Part shown: positions 21,202 through 31,295 of the stretch, piece after piece
Layout of the letters: each line of letters starts with the position of its first letter
Numbering within the stretch: position 1 is the stretch's first letter
From: a virus
Reading direction: 5' to 3' (one strand)
DNA length: 64,000 nucleotides
Virus record (IMG/VR): IMGVR_UViG_3300027792_000010
Translations under genes and position numbers: made by a program
The notes under the pieces: generated by a model
Database searches by the model: none
The model's input: the letters and a program-made list of their open reading frames with translations, nothing else
Told to the model about the DNA's origin: nothing

Positions 21202-22218
21202 TTATACTCTTCTTTCTCTGAGGTCTTCCAAAAGGGTTTGCATCTCTCGCACGGTATATTGGTTAGCCCTATTAAAAAGAGCATTCAGACGCAACTCTGG
21301 AACACTGCAGTTTGGTATCTTACAAGCATCCTTACCGCAGCTATTATAATCTCCGCCTACTACAGTGTTTAATATATAACAAGTATCATGCAATGTAATA
21401 TTTTCATCTTCAAAGACTTCTTTAGCTATGTCATATCTTTCTAAATCATTGTAGGATGCCTTCAACCGTACACCGTATGACTTTAATTTTTCTTTGCGCT
21501 TTTCTAGTATAGATGAGGAATCATCTTTATATTTAAGTTGGAGGATAGTAAAAAATAAGCCAACCCCACCTACTATTCCAAGATTAAGGGTCTTGAGCAT
21601 AAAACCTCCAACCAAAAAGAGAGAAAAAAAACCAAGTGCTGCATAGAGTGCTATACTTGTTCCTTTCTTTTCTCCGTTACGCAACACCATCGTAGCTTTG
21701 AAGATTCTTCCACCATCCATAGGATACGCTGGAATCATATTGAAAAGGAATAGCCCTAAGTTAACAATAGCTATCCATTCAAAAGCGTGAATGTTGGTAA
21801 TCGCATAAATTATAATTGAAATTACACATATGACTATATTAGAAATAGGCCCTGCCCAAGCTACTTTAAGTTCATGGTGAGGGTTATCTATTTCCCTCTC
21901 TAAACTAGCTATACCACCAATAGGGGTGAGTAGAATGTCCTTTGTTGCTATTCCGTACTTCCTGGCAACCAAACAATGACAGTATTCATGTATAGTAACA
22001 CACCCAAAAAGTATGAGATACTTTGTAACATCTTTAAGAGCTAAGAAAGCTTCTCCATGGCAAGTAGCTGAGATAAGCATATAGAGAAGAAGAAAAGAAA
22101 AAGTCCAATGAAGCTTCAGTTCGATACCGAAGAACTTTCCTATACCACGGGATTTGAACATATTATCTTTTATTTTTTTTAACATAAAAATCTCCTTCAT
22201 AGGTACATTCAAATTCAT
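21202..22218 (-). CDS. site-2 protease (M50 family)
   Basis: HEYCH, PIGGIA, AGPISN, FNMIPAYPMDGGRI. Confidence 0.9.
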   Translation of the reverse strand: MNLNVPMKEIFMLKKIKDNMFKSRGIGKFFGIELKLHWTFSFLLLYMLISATCHGEAFLALKDVTKYLILFGCVTIHEYCHCLVARKYGIATKDILLTPIGGIASLEREIDNPHHELKVAWAGPISNIVICVISIIIYAITNIHAFEWIAIVNLGLFLFNMIPAYPMDGGRIFKATMVLRNGEKKGTSIALYAALGFFSLFLVGGFMLKTLNLGIVGGVGLFFTILQLKYKDDSSSILEKRKEKLKSYGVRLKASYNDLERYDIAKEVFEDENITLHDTCYILNTVVGGDYNSCGKDACKIPNCSVPELRLNALFNRANQYTVREMQTLLEDLRERRV

Positions 22219-22278
22219 GCTTAGTACTACCTTAACTTTCTAAAATAATATACTTTTTGGTAAAGTAAGATGAAAAAA

Positions 22279-22707
22279 TTAATTACTACATTTCCAGGAT
22301 GTTTTGGTACCACCATCGTATGATTTAGCATATCCTAATTTAATTAATTCTTTTGCAAGGTCTGATCCATCTACATAGATATCAGCATCTATTCTAAAGT
22401 ACTTATCTCTAGACATTCTTTTAAGTTCTATCTTTTTTGCATTTTTAAATTTAGCTATTACATAGTCACGTACTTCTATAGCTAAAATTTTTGAGCACTC
22501 TTTTCTTATTTCCGGGCAATCTACTCCTCTAAGTCTAATCCCAACATTAGTGCCTATAATAGGAGGAAAATCTTTTAAATTAACATAGTAGGTATCTCCA
22601 TCATAGACTCTTAAGATTCTCTCTATAACGGCATCCCCATAAAACACTTCTGCAGAATAGGCTGAATATAAAGCCAATAATATGACAATTGTGATAATTT
22701 TACGCAT
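22279..22707 (-). CDS. thermonuclease (SNase) family protein with signal/TM helix
   Basis: VYDGDT, IRLRGVDCPE, DKYFR. Confidence 0.9.
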   Translation of the reverse strand: MRKIITIVILLALYSAYSAEVFYGDAVIERILRVYDGDTYYVNLKDFPPIIGTNVGIRLRGVDCPEIRKECSKILAIEVRDYVIAKFKNAKKIELKRMSRDKYFRIDADIYVDGSDLAKELIKLGYAKSYDGGTKTSWKCSN

Positions 22708-22722
22708 AGCTAAAGTTCCTTA

Positions 22723-23616
22723 TTAAAAGTTGAAGTCATTAACTTGAAGTACTGTTATCCCTAACCCTCTAAAGAGTTTACAGACTTGTGGCCTATCATC
22801 CACTGCGAATAATACTTGATACTCAGGCTCTACTATGGTATGATACAGTTCTTCTTTTACGATAGAATCTTTTCTGGAATCCCCTGTAATTCTCATGATA
22901 AGTTTTTCATAGGGTACATTATGTTTCATTAACCAATTAGCTGTGGCATCCCTACAACTATCATCCCTACCAGACATAATTATAATCTCAAGCCCTGCCT
23001 CATAAAATAGATTAACAAGATATGCCACATACTCATCGAGGGTATCTTCCTCTACAAGGTCATAGGCATAGTAGTCCCTACCGCTGTAATTTAGGGCAAG
23101 AGTACCATCTAAGTCAATTATGACAGCATCTTTTTTTTCTGGATGGCTTATGAAAGCTTTTCTTACAGGGGGGAAATAAGCATCTCGTACTTCTACTTTT
23201 CTACCTCTGATATATTTATTAAACATATTCTCGATAATATGGGCGGGGACTATTTTTTCTCTTTTGGAGTTATTCTCCTGGGCCTCTTTAAGAGTAACTT
23301 CAAAGTATTTCTCAAATACCCGTACATCTCCCATTCTTTTCGCAATCTCACATATAGCCTCGTATGTTTTCTCACTCAGGTTAGTATCATCTATTATTAC
23401 ATCAAGACCTTTAGCTAAGCATTGCTCGATAAGAACATCTCTCACATTGGTGATGAAATTTTCATTAACTGTGTTATGCACATCATTATCAAGCATTACT
23501 CTAAGAAGGTCTTTATTTATCCTTTTATATTTCCCAGGATACTTCATTAGCATTTCTTTAGCCCAGGTACTCTTTCCTGATCCAGGTAATCCTCGTAATA
23601 ATATAATTATGCGCAT
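22723..23616 (-). CDS. T4 PseT-like polynucleotide kinase/3'-phosphatase
   Basis: RGLPGSGKST, INKD.LR; DLDGTLA, SGR, DDRPQV. Confidence 0.92.
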   Translation of the reverse strand: MRIIILLRGLPGSGKSTWAKEMLMKYPGKYKRINKDLLRVMLDNDVHNTVNENFITNVRDVLIEQCLAKGLDVIIDDTNLSEKTYEAICEIAKRMGDVRVFEKYFEVTLKEAQENNSKREKIVPAHIIENMFNKYIRGRKVEVRDAYFPPVRKAFISHPEKKDAVIIDLDGTLALNYSGRDYYAYDLVEEDTLDEYVAYLVNLFYEAGLEIIIMSGRDDSCRDATANWLMKHNVPYEKLIMRITGDSRKDSIVKEELYHTIVEPEYQVLFAVDDRPQVCKLFRGLGITVLQVNDFNF

Positions 23617-23618
23617 AT

Positions 23619-24254
23619 TTAATTCCTCAATTTATTAGGGACTACAGGTTTACTCATCCAATGTTCATCTGTTTGAACATGTCCTGAACGTACATATTTA
23701 ATATGATATTTACTAAAATCATTATACGGTATTTTGTCTGCTAACCTAACAACATACCCCTCTACCTCGTCTGTAGAATTTTTACAGTATTCTTCATATT
23801 TTTCATGTATAAGTTTTCTATCGTATATTCCTTTATAAAATACGTCTACTGTTTCTAACTCCAGTAAGCTTGCCCATGTGATTGTTTCATTCCATGATAC
23901 GGCTTCATTATATTCGTTAAATACAGTATAAAGATAAAAATAACTTTTTAAATTATTATAATGTATAGAGTGCGTTGCATATAGATTCTCACCGCACAGT
24001 CTGTGCCCCGGTGGTATTAAGTATCCTATTTTTCCATGTAACGACTTTATCCATACTCTCGAAGGATGCATCGCCGAATCTATAGATCTTGCATGTACCT
24101 TAGATGTGTACAAAGAAGATGATTCACCATCAACTTTTATACTACCTATTATTTCCTTTCCTTCAAAAACCGTTTCATTCTCATGCCTCCTGTCATCATT
24201 TTGTAGATTAGGAGAATCAGAAAAATGATATATACGTGGAAATTTATAATACAT
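23619..24254 (-). CDS. ATP-dependent RNA ligase family protein
   Basis: KFPRIYH, motif I KVDG, GENLYATHSI.Y, EGYVVR, KYVR. Confidence 0.85.
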   Translation of the reverse strand: MYYKFPRIYHFSDSPNLQNDDRRHENETVFEGKEIIGSIKVDGESSSLYTSKVHARSIDSAMHPSRVWIKSLHGKIGYLIPPGHRLCGENLYATHSIHYNNLKSYFYLYTVFNEYNEAVSWNETITWASLLELETVDVFYKGIYDRKLIHEKYEEYCKNSTDEVEGYVVRLADKIPYNDFSKYHIKYVRSGHVQTDEHWMSKPVVPNKLRN

Positions 24255-24299
24255 ATTTTTTTCTTTCCTGGGTTTTCCGTATTTTATTTCTATGCATCC

Positions 24300-24548
24300 T
24301 CAAAATGCATCCTCAAAAAACATAGCCACAAGTTGATCTGCTGGATTCATTTCCTCTATATCAGCTTGTACTAAACTAACTTTCATTTCCATATATGATT
24401 TAAGTTTTTCCATATATTCAGGTGTAACTTCTAAAAAATTATAATGGAATCCTGGGTGTATAACCACACTTTTTACTTTGTCCCCATTGTAGATTTTGTA
24501 ATCTAATTTCTGAAGAAACTCTTCAACAGTTTGCTTTTCTTTTTTCAT
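24300..24548 (-). CDS. hypothetical protein
   Basis: ORF with RBS. Confidence 0.55.
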   Translation of the reverse strand: MKKEKQTVEEFLQKLDYKIYNGDKVKSVVIHPGFHYNFLEVTPEYMEKLKSYMEMKVSLVQADIEEMNPADQLVAMFFEDAF

Positions 24549-24561
24549 TTAGTTACCTTTT

Positions 24562-25263
24562 TTAATCCTGTTGATAGCCTAATAAATCAAACAAAGCTCT
24601 ATGAGACCTCTTTTTTGGATTATAATTGAATCTCATAATAACCATATCACCTTTCCTTTGTGAAGGGGTGAAAGGTTTTCTGATAAGCCTTAGTCCTGCT
24701 TCCTCTGGAGTCTGGTTCTTTTTAATAACCACATTACAATGAAAACACGCAGTTACACAGTTATCAAAAGTGTTCTTACCGCCTCTTGATGTAGGCTGAA
24801 TATGATCGATAGTCCTATCTTCAGAAGTACACCTGTACTTATAAGGTTTGCATGGGGTCTCATACCCATTTTTATCAATTATATATTCATGATAGTACTG
24901 ACAAATATTATCATCTCTATTATAAATAGCAGTTTCACTAAAAGCCACAGTATCTGACTTAACCTTGTAACCGACGAACTCTATCAATCTAACAATAAGG
25001 GGCATCTTTAGCCTTACAACAAATTGATTATCCTGATCGAATATACACATCTTCTCAGAACCCCTAACATCAAGTATCCCATTGAGGAACTTATTGCGAG
25101 GATCTGAAGTTCCTATGATACGTTCATCATCGACTTTGATAATCTCTATTACTTTCCTGCTAAGAAGACTAAAGAATCTTTCAAGGTTAATCTCATCCCA
25201 GAAATGATAGCTCTGGTTTAGAACAACAATAGATGCACTCATATAGGCACCACTCCAATCCAC
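24562..25263 (-). CDS. HNH endonuclease (McrA-like)
   Basis: RD...CQY; TIDHIQPTSRGG.NTFDNCVTACFHCN. Confidence 0.9.
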   Translation of the reverse strand: MDWSGAYMSASIVVLNQSYHFWDEINLERFFSLLSRKVIEIIKVDDERIIGTSDPRNKFLNGILDVRGSEKMCIFDQDNQFVVRLKMPLIVRLIEFVGYKVKSDTVAFSETAIYNRDDNICQYYHEYIIDKNGYETPCKPYKYRCTSEDRTIDHIQPTSRGGKNTFDNCVTACFHCNVVIKKNQTPEEAGLRLIRKPFTPSQRKGDMVIMRFNYNPKKRSHRALFDLLGYQQD

Positions 25264-25356
25264 ATAAAAAAGACCTTCTTCCTATAGCACAGGTTTCGAT
25301 CTTTTATTATTAAATTAGTTGAATACAATATTACTTCCTCTCAAGCCACGGTTCGA

Positions 25357-26241
25357 TTAATAATCACCTTCTGCTACCTGAAACACTGGAAGTCCTAGCT
25401 CCCTATACATTTTAACGTTTCTCACTCGGTCCTCCCAGACGCTGAGGACATTGTACTTACCCTTAAAGTTCTGCTCATACAACTCCTGTTTGACTTCAAC
25501 ATCTGGTCTACGATCCCCAGTAGGTCTCATGTATATCTTATCAAACTGAATATTGTTCTTTATGAGCCACTCTTTTGTAACGTCATAGAATTTATCTTCC
25601 CTACCTGTAACAATAAATATTAAAAGATTAGGGTACATAACTTTTAGAGCATTAACAGCACATGCCACAGGCTCATTTCTCTTGTCTTTATATGAGCTAC
25701 CTGTGTCATATGGACTTCGCCCTTTGATTAGAGCTAATGTACCATCCATATCCACCAAAATACATACAGGGAGTCCGTCTATAGGCTTATATTCTGTCTT
25801 AGACTGCGCCTCCTCTGCTTTATCTGATTTGTACTGCTTCAGCATACGGTATATGACTGCGAGACCCACACGGGCTATCCCTGTGCGCATAGCATCTCTT
25901 GCTATGCACTCTTCAACTGGAATATCCATAAAGCTCTTGTACTCATACTCAGCCTTCCCAGCCAGAAACTCTTCCATTTTCCTTCTGGTATTTGCATTAC
26001 AGAAAGTCTCATCGACTATGACATTGAGATCTTTCGCCAATGCCTCCAGAATAAGTCTGTCCCTTTCGGCAAGTACTTGCTTCTCTACTTTGTTGTTGAA
26101 CTTGTAGTCTGGTCCTCCAAACTGGATACGGAGGTCATCGCGGTTCACACGGACCCAATTAGGGTTCTGTGCTATGAACTCTTTCGCCCAGGTGGATTTA
26201 CCACTTGCTGGAAGCCCTTGTAAAAGAAGTACTTTATTCAT
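25357..26241 (-). CDS. second T4 PseT-like polynucleotide kinase/3'-phosphatase
   Basis: GLPASGKST, VNRDDLR; DMDGTLA, TGR, EDR. Confidence 0.92.
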   Translation of the reverse strand: MNKVLLLQGLPASGKSTWAKEFIAQNPNWVRVNRDDLRIQFGGPDYKFNNKVEKQVLAERDRLILEALAKDLNVIVDETFCNANTRRKMEEFLAGKAEYEYKSFMDIPVEECIARDAMRTGIARVGLAVIYRMLKQYKSDKAEEAQSKTEYKPIDGLPVCILVDMDGTLALIKGRSPYDTGSSYKDKRNEPVACAVNALKVMYPNLLIFIVTGREDKFYDVTKEWLIKNNIQFDKIYMRPTGDRRPDVEVKQELYEQNFKGKYNVLSVWEDRVRNVKMYRELGLPVFQVAEGDY

Positions 26242-26342
26242 ATGTTCCTCGTTTAAATGATTATCGTATAATATACTTTTTTAAAGTTTGAGTTTCAAAT
26301 CTATTTAGGAAGCTGCGGAAGGGACACACTATCAGACGTTCA

Positions 26343-26888
26343 TTATAGATTGATATCAGCTACACTAGTGTAAATACTAGCTATAACTTTACCTTTTATA
26401 TCCCAGTTATAGCACGTATGACTACTGCTGACTATACATGTACGTATACCCATATTAGTAGAAGCTATTACATCCTTAGGATTGTCATCTATCCAAACAT
26501 CTATCTTTTCGGATTTGAATAAGGATTCTTTTGAATTTCCTATTCCAACAAAATGAATAGTATCTACCATTGGAAAATATTTCTTAACAGCTTCCCTTGT
26601 AACTTCCTCTACGCATAAATCCCTAGCAGTTATTATGACTATCTTATGCCCCTCTTGTTTCCACTGCTTGAGCTTGCTCGTTACTCCGGGAATAGGTACT
26701 ATTCTTTTCATGTATACGGGATCTTTAAATAATCTAAATATCTCTTTCCTCATCTCTTCTGGAAATTCAGAAAAGTTATAGTCAAATCTTTTAGGATAGC
26801 TTTTTGTCTTTGTATTAGTAGCTGCTATCTTAATAACAGACTCTTCCATATAAACTAATGTTTGGTCAAGATCTATTCCGATTATCAT
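26343..26888 (-). CDS. HAD-family 5'(3')-deoxyribonucleotidase-like protein
   Basis: IGIDLDQTL, ITAR, WIDDNP. Confidence 0.8.
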   Translation of the reverse strand: MIIGIDLDQTLVYMEESVIKIAATNTKTKSYPKRFDYNFSEFPEEMRKEIFRLFKDPVYMKRIVPIPGVTSKLKQWKQEGHKIVIITARDLCVEEVTREAVKKYFPMVDTIHFVGIGNSKESLFKSEKIDVWIDDNPKDVIASTNMGIRTCIVSSSHTCYNWDIKGKVIASIYTSVADINL

Positions 26889-27532
26889 TCTATCTCCTCT
26901 GATATAAAAGCAGTACCTGTCCCTGTCAAACCTTTATCTTTTTTGAGTATCTCTATTTTCTCTAATACTTGTAGGCACTCTTCTACTCTTTCTAAAAGAC
27001 CTGCAGATTCTATAGTAATGAAATGCTTTGGAGGAAATAGGTCAAAAACATATTTGATGCGCCAGTCAGCTTTCTCTCTCCAGGAATCTTTGAAATGGTC
27101 CTCGTGTCGTATTCCATCATTGACTGGTTTCAATACTGGAGGTAGATGAAAAACAATATCATATCTTTTTTCAGGACTGTTTATTTTATTCAATCTCTTG
27201 AAGATATCATTAAGGTACATTGTATCTTTAATAGTATTTTTTCTAAGTTCTAAAGCATATATGAATCCTAAATGAACCGGACTGTCTGTTAGGATAAGAT
27301 CCGTCTCGGGTGGTATAGCATCCTCCCATTCTAACTGCTTTTGCATAATCTTGTATTGGTCAGATAAGTCTATACCCTCACTGCCGTATTTATGTATGTA
27401 CCTACGAGCGTACTCAGCTATAAGTTCTACTCTTTTATACGATTCTATTCTTCTGCACATTGCAGCTAATGCGCGTGCTGTGCTAGTCTTACCTGTTCCG
27501 GGAGTTCCAGAGAAGCCTACTCTTACAGTCAT
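26885..27532 (-). CDS. AAA_28/NadR-like P-loop kinase
   Basis: GTPGTGKTS, EYARRYI, LTD. Confidence 0.75.
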   Translation of the reverse strand: MTVRVGFSGTPGTGKTSTARALAAMCRRIESYKRVELIAEYARRYIHKYGSEGIDLSDQYKIMQKQLEWEDAIPPETDLILTDSPVHLGFIYALELRKNTIKDTMYLNDIFKRLNKINSPEKRYDIVFHLPPVLKPVNDGIRHEDHFKDSWREKADWRIKYVFDLFPPKHFITIESAGLLERVEECLQVLEKIEILKKDKGLTGTGTAFISEEIE

Positions 27533-27540
27533 ATATCCTC

Positions 27541-28056
27541 CTACTTATTTATTGCTAGTCTCCAATGATAATACAATTCTATGTCTTTATTTGAAGAAAA
27601 CTCACTGATTTTATAATTAGGCAAGAAAAACAGAAATGTATGCAGGTCATGCTTTAAAAATGACGTACAATAATCAATAAACTTTATATAGTCGGTTTCT
27701 TTAATACTATCAAAATAGTCGGCAGCCATTTCCCACTTATCCGATATACTTTTAATAACTGATTTATAGTCATCATAGTTTCTACATACGTATCCTAAAT
27801 TATATAACTTCATACATTTAGTAACATAATCATTACTATAATCAATATATAATTTTTCTAGATTAGGATTACTTATATCTTTAAATATGTTATGAAGTGC
27901 TTCAATATCTTCCATATCATAAAAAATAAGAGACATATCTTCTCTTTTCAAGATATGTCCCCAAAGATTTATTTCGGGCATAGAAAATAAATAAGATTTA
28001 TTTTCCTGTATCATCCTATCAGCGTTATGTACCGCTGACTGTTGTGGGAACTCCAT
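27541..28056 (-). CDS. hypothetical protein
   Basis: ORF overlapping upstream gene. Confidence 0.6.
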   Translation of the reverse strand: MEFPQQSAVHNADRMIQENKSYLFSMPEINLWGHILKREDMSLIFYDMEDIEALHNIFKDISNPNLEKLYIDYSNDYVTKCMKLYNLGYVCRNYDDYKSVIKSISDKWEMAADYFDSIKETDYIKFIDYCTSFLKHDLHTFLFFLPNYKISEFSSNKDIELYYHWRLAINK

Positions 28057-28684
28057 CTTGAATACCTCTCTCCTTATGTATCACTTTAATCAAGTCTATT
28101 TGGCTAAGTAACACCAACTTTATATTCTCATAAATAGGTTCTTGTTCAATATATTTACGTCTAGCCGATTTCAACATAGGTATGATATACTTCTCTGTTT
28201 CTTCTATGTACCCTATTTGCCCGTTAACAGAAAAGACATTTACCATAGTTTGTATATTATGTATCCTGTCACATCCCTTACCAATAGAAGCTATACTATC
28301 TTCTCCTATATCCTGATAATAGTTCTCTATAGATTTTTTGATCCCGCGATATTGCTTAGTAAGAGCTACAACTGCCCTATATACCTTATCTCCAAATAGA
28401 CTTAAAATCTCTTGCGGAGATACATCATAGTCTTCCACTACATCATGTAGAAAAAGAGCAGCGAAGGTATCATCAGGGTTTAGGAGGTACCCCTCGAAGA
28501 CTCTCATATAGTGGGCAATAGAGAGCTGATGTTGAAACTCGGGGGTAACTCCATCCTTACGCCTGCCTATATGATACTTAAGGCCAAACTCCATTGCCTT
28601 TAGAGCCAGCATGTACTTTCTTCCAAGGAGCCAGTAGCGCATTGCTACTTTGTTCTTCTTAAAAAGCATCATTTCGTTGTTCAT
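28025..28684 (-). CDS. stand-alone RelA/SpoT-type HD-domain protein (Mesh1/SAH-like)
   Basis: H.GRRKDG..P..QH, LHDVVED, ALTK, K..DR.HN. Confidence 0.8.
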   Translation of the reverse strand: MNNEMMLFKKNKVAMRYWLLGRKYMLALKAMEFGLKYHIGRRKDGVTPEFQHQLSIAHYMRVFEGYLLNPDDTFAALFLHDVVEDYDVSPQEILSLFGDKVYRAVVALTKQYRGIKKSIENYYQDIGEDSIASIGKGCDRIHNIQTMVNVFSVNGQIGYIEETEKYIIPMLKSARRKYIEQEPIYENIKLVLLSQIDLIKVIHKERGIQDGVPTTVSGT

Positions 28685-28904
28685 TATGTAACTCCTCGAT
28701 TTTGTACCTATCGTTATAACTATTAAAAACTATATCGGGTATATTATTCTGTACGTAACCGCATGTTACACATTTCAACTTTACTTCATTATCATCTATG
28801 AATCCTATTAGTATCTCATGATTTGATTCTATACAAGTCATAGGGTGGAAATAATCAGTTGTCTGCCACCACTTAATTGCTTCTAACTTTGTTTCATTAT
28901 TCAT
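28659..28904 (-). CDS. hypothetical protein
   Basis: ORF; HPMTC and CxxC motifs. Confidence 0.55.
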   Translation of the reverse strand: MNNETKLEAIKWWQTTDYFHPMTCIESNHEILIGFIDDNEVKLKCVTCGYVQNNIPDIVFNSYNDRYKIEELHNEQRNDAF

Positions 28905-28913
28905 ATATTTTTA

Positions 28914-28995
28914 CGGAGGAAACAGGACTCGAACCTGCAAGGCCGATGAAAGCCTACACGCTTTCCAGGCGTACCACTTATCCAGTTAGTGTACC
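28914..28995 (-). tRNA. tRNA-Ser(GGA), interrupted: 5' acceptor strand GGAGG(G) displaced to 30314-30319 by the TnpB element
   Basis: D arm, TACGC-CTGGAAA-GCGTG anticodon arm, long V arm, T arm, TTCCTCC-G; 5' strand absent locally. Confidence 0.85.
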
Positions 28996-30313
28996 GTTCA
29001 TAAAAACTTGGACAAATCCAAATTAGTATGTCTTTGTTCTTGAGGGACGGTAGACTCCTCAATCGATCCAAAATGAAGTATATTTTTAGATGCATTATAA
29101 TCTGCATCACATGTATACCCACAAGATATACACTCATATACTTCTCCTTGTCTTGAATCTTTGTGGGTCTCCCCACAAGATGAACATCTCTGAGAAGTAT
29201 AAGCAGGAGATATTTTGATCAGATGAACACGGTTCTCTTCACAAATATCTTCGATCCTTCTATACACTTGTCTCAGGTTCCAATGAGCCTGTTCAGCTCT
29301 TTGAAATTTGTTCATACGTCTTTCTTGACGTGTTTTATGATTCATATTTATTAAATCCTCCATGACTACAGTTTTGTATTCATGGAGGTTAAGTTTCTTT
29401 ATCTCACAATCTATATAATCTTTCAAACTATTTAACGCTTGATTATAGTTCTTACTATGCTTCTTTTTTCTTAATAAATTCTGGATTTTAGAAGTTATCT
29501 CGGTACCGAGGAAACGACCATCAGAACATGAAAATAATTTATTTCTTCCAAGGTCTATTCCTAATGTTTTAAACTTAGCTATTGGGGTATCTTGAATATC
29601 TTTTTGAAAGAATAAGTTTGCATAGTACCTGTTTTGTTCTTTATTAAAATATAGTGTTAGGGATTTAGATAAGGAATAGCCACTATTACATAACTTATTA
29701 TACTGTCTATGCTTATGAGATGGAAGTATAAGTGAAAACCTGTTACCAAAAATGGAACCAAGTCTGATCCACAGGTCAAAACTTGAAGAAGTTTTTGACT
29801 CTTGTACATGGCATAGGTCAGAGTTTAGTTCTATAGTAGAACCATCAAATATAGGTTTATTTATTCTCGGTCTAAAAGTTTTACCTTTAGACCAAACAGA
29901 CCACGTTTTATTTACTATGGGATATTTTTTCTTCTTAGATTTAGCTTTAGCGTATATTTTTTTATATTTTGAATATATTCTTTTTTTATTATTAGTGTGA
30001 GCTGATTTAAGTATTTTCATAGCTTGATTACCTGCACACTTCATAGCTTTACCAAGTAACCAAGAGTATATTTGTTTATAGTGATTTGAGTTTATTTTAG
30101 AAGGTAGTTTTTCTTTTAACCAGTACAGGTCTATAAAGACATTAACGACTCTTTGATATTCTTCAAAGAATGATTTAAGTTTATCGATTTTAAAATTAGT
30201 AGCCTCATTCAAGGATACTTGAGATCGTTTAATAAGTTTCATAGTATTTATAGCCAAGTAAGAAATGTATAATATTATCTAAATATGTCTAAATTTTCTT
30301 TAAATAGTTTCAA
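28996..30313 (-). mobile_element. non-autonomous IS607-like element carrying only tnpB
   Basis: flanked by GG at both junctions (GGAGGG|TTGAAAC...AAGTTTTTATGAAC|GG); tnpB fills the element; no TnpA. Confidence 0.75.
28998..30242 (-). CDS. tnpB: RNA-guided endonuclease TnpB (Cas12f-like)
   Basis: RuvC GIDLG, VMEDL, PAYTSQRCSSCG, CISCG..DADYNASKNI; ATG 30242 (ORF track starts 30257). Confidence 0.9.
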   Translation of the reverse strand: MKLIKRSQVSLNEATNFKIDKLKSFFEEYQRVVNVFIDLYWLKEKLPSKINSNHYKQIYSWLLGKAMKCAGNQAMKILKSAHTNNKKRIYSKYKKIYAKAKSKKKKYPIVNKTWSVWSKGKTFRPRINKPIFDGSTIELNSDLCHVQESKTSSSFDLWIRLGSIFGNRFSLILPSHKHRQYNKLCNSGYSLSKSLTLYFNKEQNRYYANLFFQKDIQDTPIAKFKTLGIDLGRNKLFSCSDGRFLGTEITSKIQNLLRKKKHSKNYNQALNSLKDYIDCEIKKLNLHEYKTVVMEDLINMNHKTRQERRMNKFQRAEQAHWNLRQVYRRIEDICEENRVHLIKISPAYTSQRCSSCGETHKDSRQGEVYECISCGYTCDADYNASKNILHFGSIEESTVPQEQRHTNLDLSKFL

Positions 30314-30328
30314 CCCTCCAAAGTCCCC

Positions 30329-30622
30329 TTACCCAATTACCGCAAGAATCTGAGTATCGAGTGTAATATAATATTTAATACCTCCCATTTCGATCTCTAC
30401 TGCTCGTTTACTGTCAAAAATAACTTTATCCCCTACAGCGACCTGCATCGGGAGAAGAACCCCCTCAGAACTTATCAAGCCGGGACCAACCGCTACAGCT
30501 GTGCCTTTCTGCGTCACCTCTTCTTTCTCTCTTTGGGCTAAGAGGATACCTCCGTCGCTTACTGATGCAGCAGCATCAGGAAGAATAAAAACTTTGTTTG
30601 AAATTGGATTTAACTTTTCCAT
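30329..30622 (-). CDS. groES: co-chaperonin GroES
   Basis: LNP..NKV, GGILL, GT.VAVGPG, V.VGDKV.F, ILAVI. Confidence 0.92.
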   Translation of the reverse strand: MEKLNPISNKVFILPDAAASVSDGGILLAQREKEEVTQKGTAVAVGPGLISSEGVLLPMQVAVGDKVIFDSKRAVEIEMGGIKYYITLDTQILAVIG

Positions 30623-30694
30623 TTGAATCTCCTCATTTGAATGTAGATGTGAATATTATAATATACTTTTTATCTTAAGATTTTTAAAGCATCA

Positions 30695-31198
30695 TTAAAT
30701 AATCATTTTAAGCAGTTGATTAAACCACCCAGGATTAGATACCCCATTGTTATACTCTATAGCTTGGTATATCTTGTGACTTTTTATAGGACTAGGTAAT
30801 CTATTAGCTAATTTTGAGGCTAAAAAGTATATTCTATCTTTTTTATATGTTTTGGTCTTATACAAATCACATATTTCTTTCCACATATATTCTGCGACCC
30901 CATATAATTTCAGTAGTCGAGCTATTCTTACTCCCCATAGCTGAGCCTGTAGCTCATCTTTAGATTTACTTTTTGATATGCCAGTATAAATATGACCTAA
31001 CTCGTGAAGTACTACAGAATAGATTATTAGGGAGTTAAATTTGGTAATATCTTTAATGAAGCAGACTAGCCATTTGTAGGGTTCAGCATATGCAATAGAG
31101 TTCACTTTTCTTTTCTTCATCGTACCCTCAGTTACAAACTCTACTTTTATCTCTGGATCTATATACTTTATAAAATCTGTAATTTGCTGTTTAGTCAC
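30695..31198 (-). CDS. HExxH protein (putative Zn peptidase)
   Basis: VVLHELGH. Confidence 0.5.
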   Translation of the reverse strand: MTKQQITDFIKYIDPEIKVEFVTEGTMKKRKVNSIAYAEPYKWLVCFIKDITKFNSLIIYSVVLHELGHIYTGISKSKSKDELQAQLWGVRIARLLKLYGVAEYMWKEICDLYKTKTYKKDRIYFLASKLANRLPSPIKSHKIYQAIEYNNGVSNPGWFNQLLKMII

Positions 31199-31295
31199 CT
31201 TATCCCCACTTGATAAGACCTTAGCAATTTACGCGCATTAAGGGCCGCACCAATAATCGCCAGAGAAGAGGGTATCCAACCGAGGGCGGTTATCT

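Noticed and set aside
28901-29176. 91-aa minus-strand ORF
   Set aside because: Overlaps the tnpB 3' end and tRNA-Ser; spurious.
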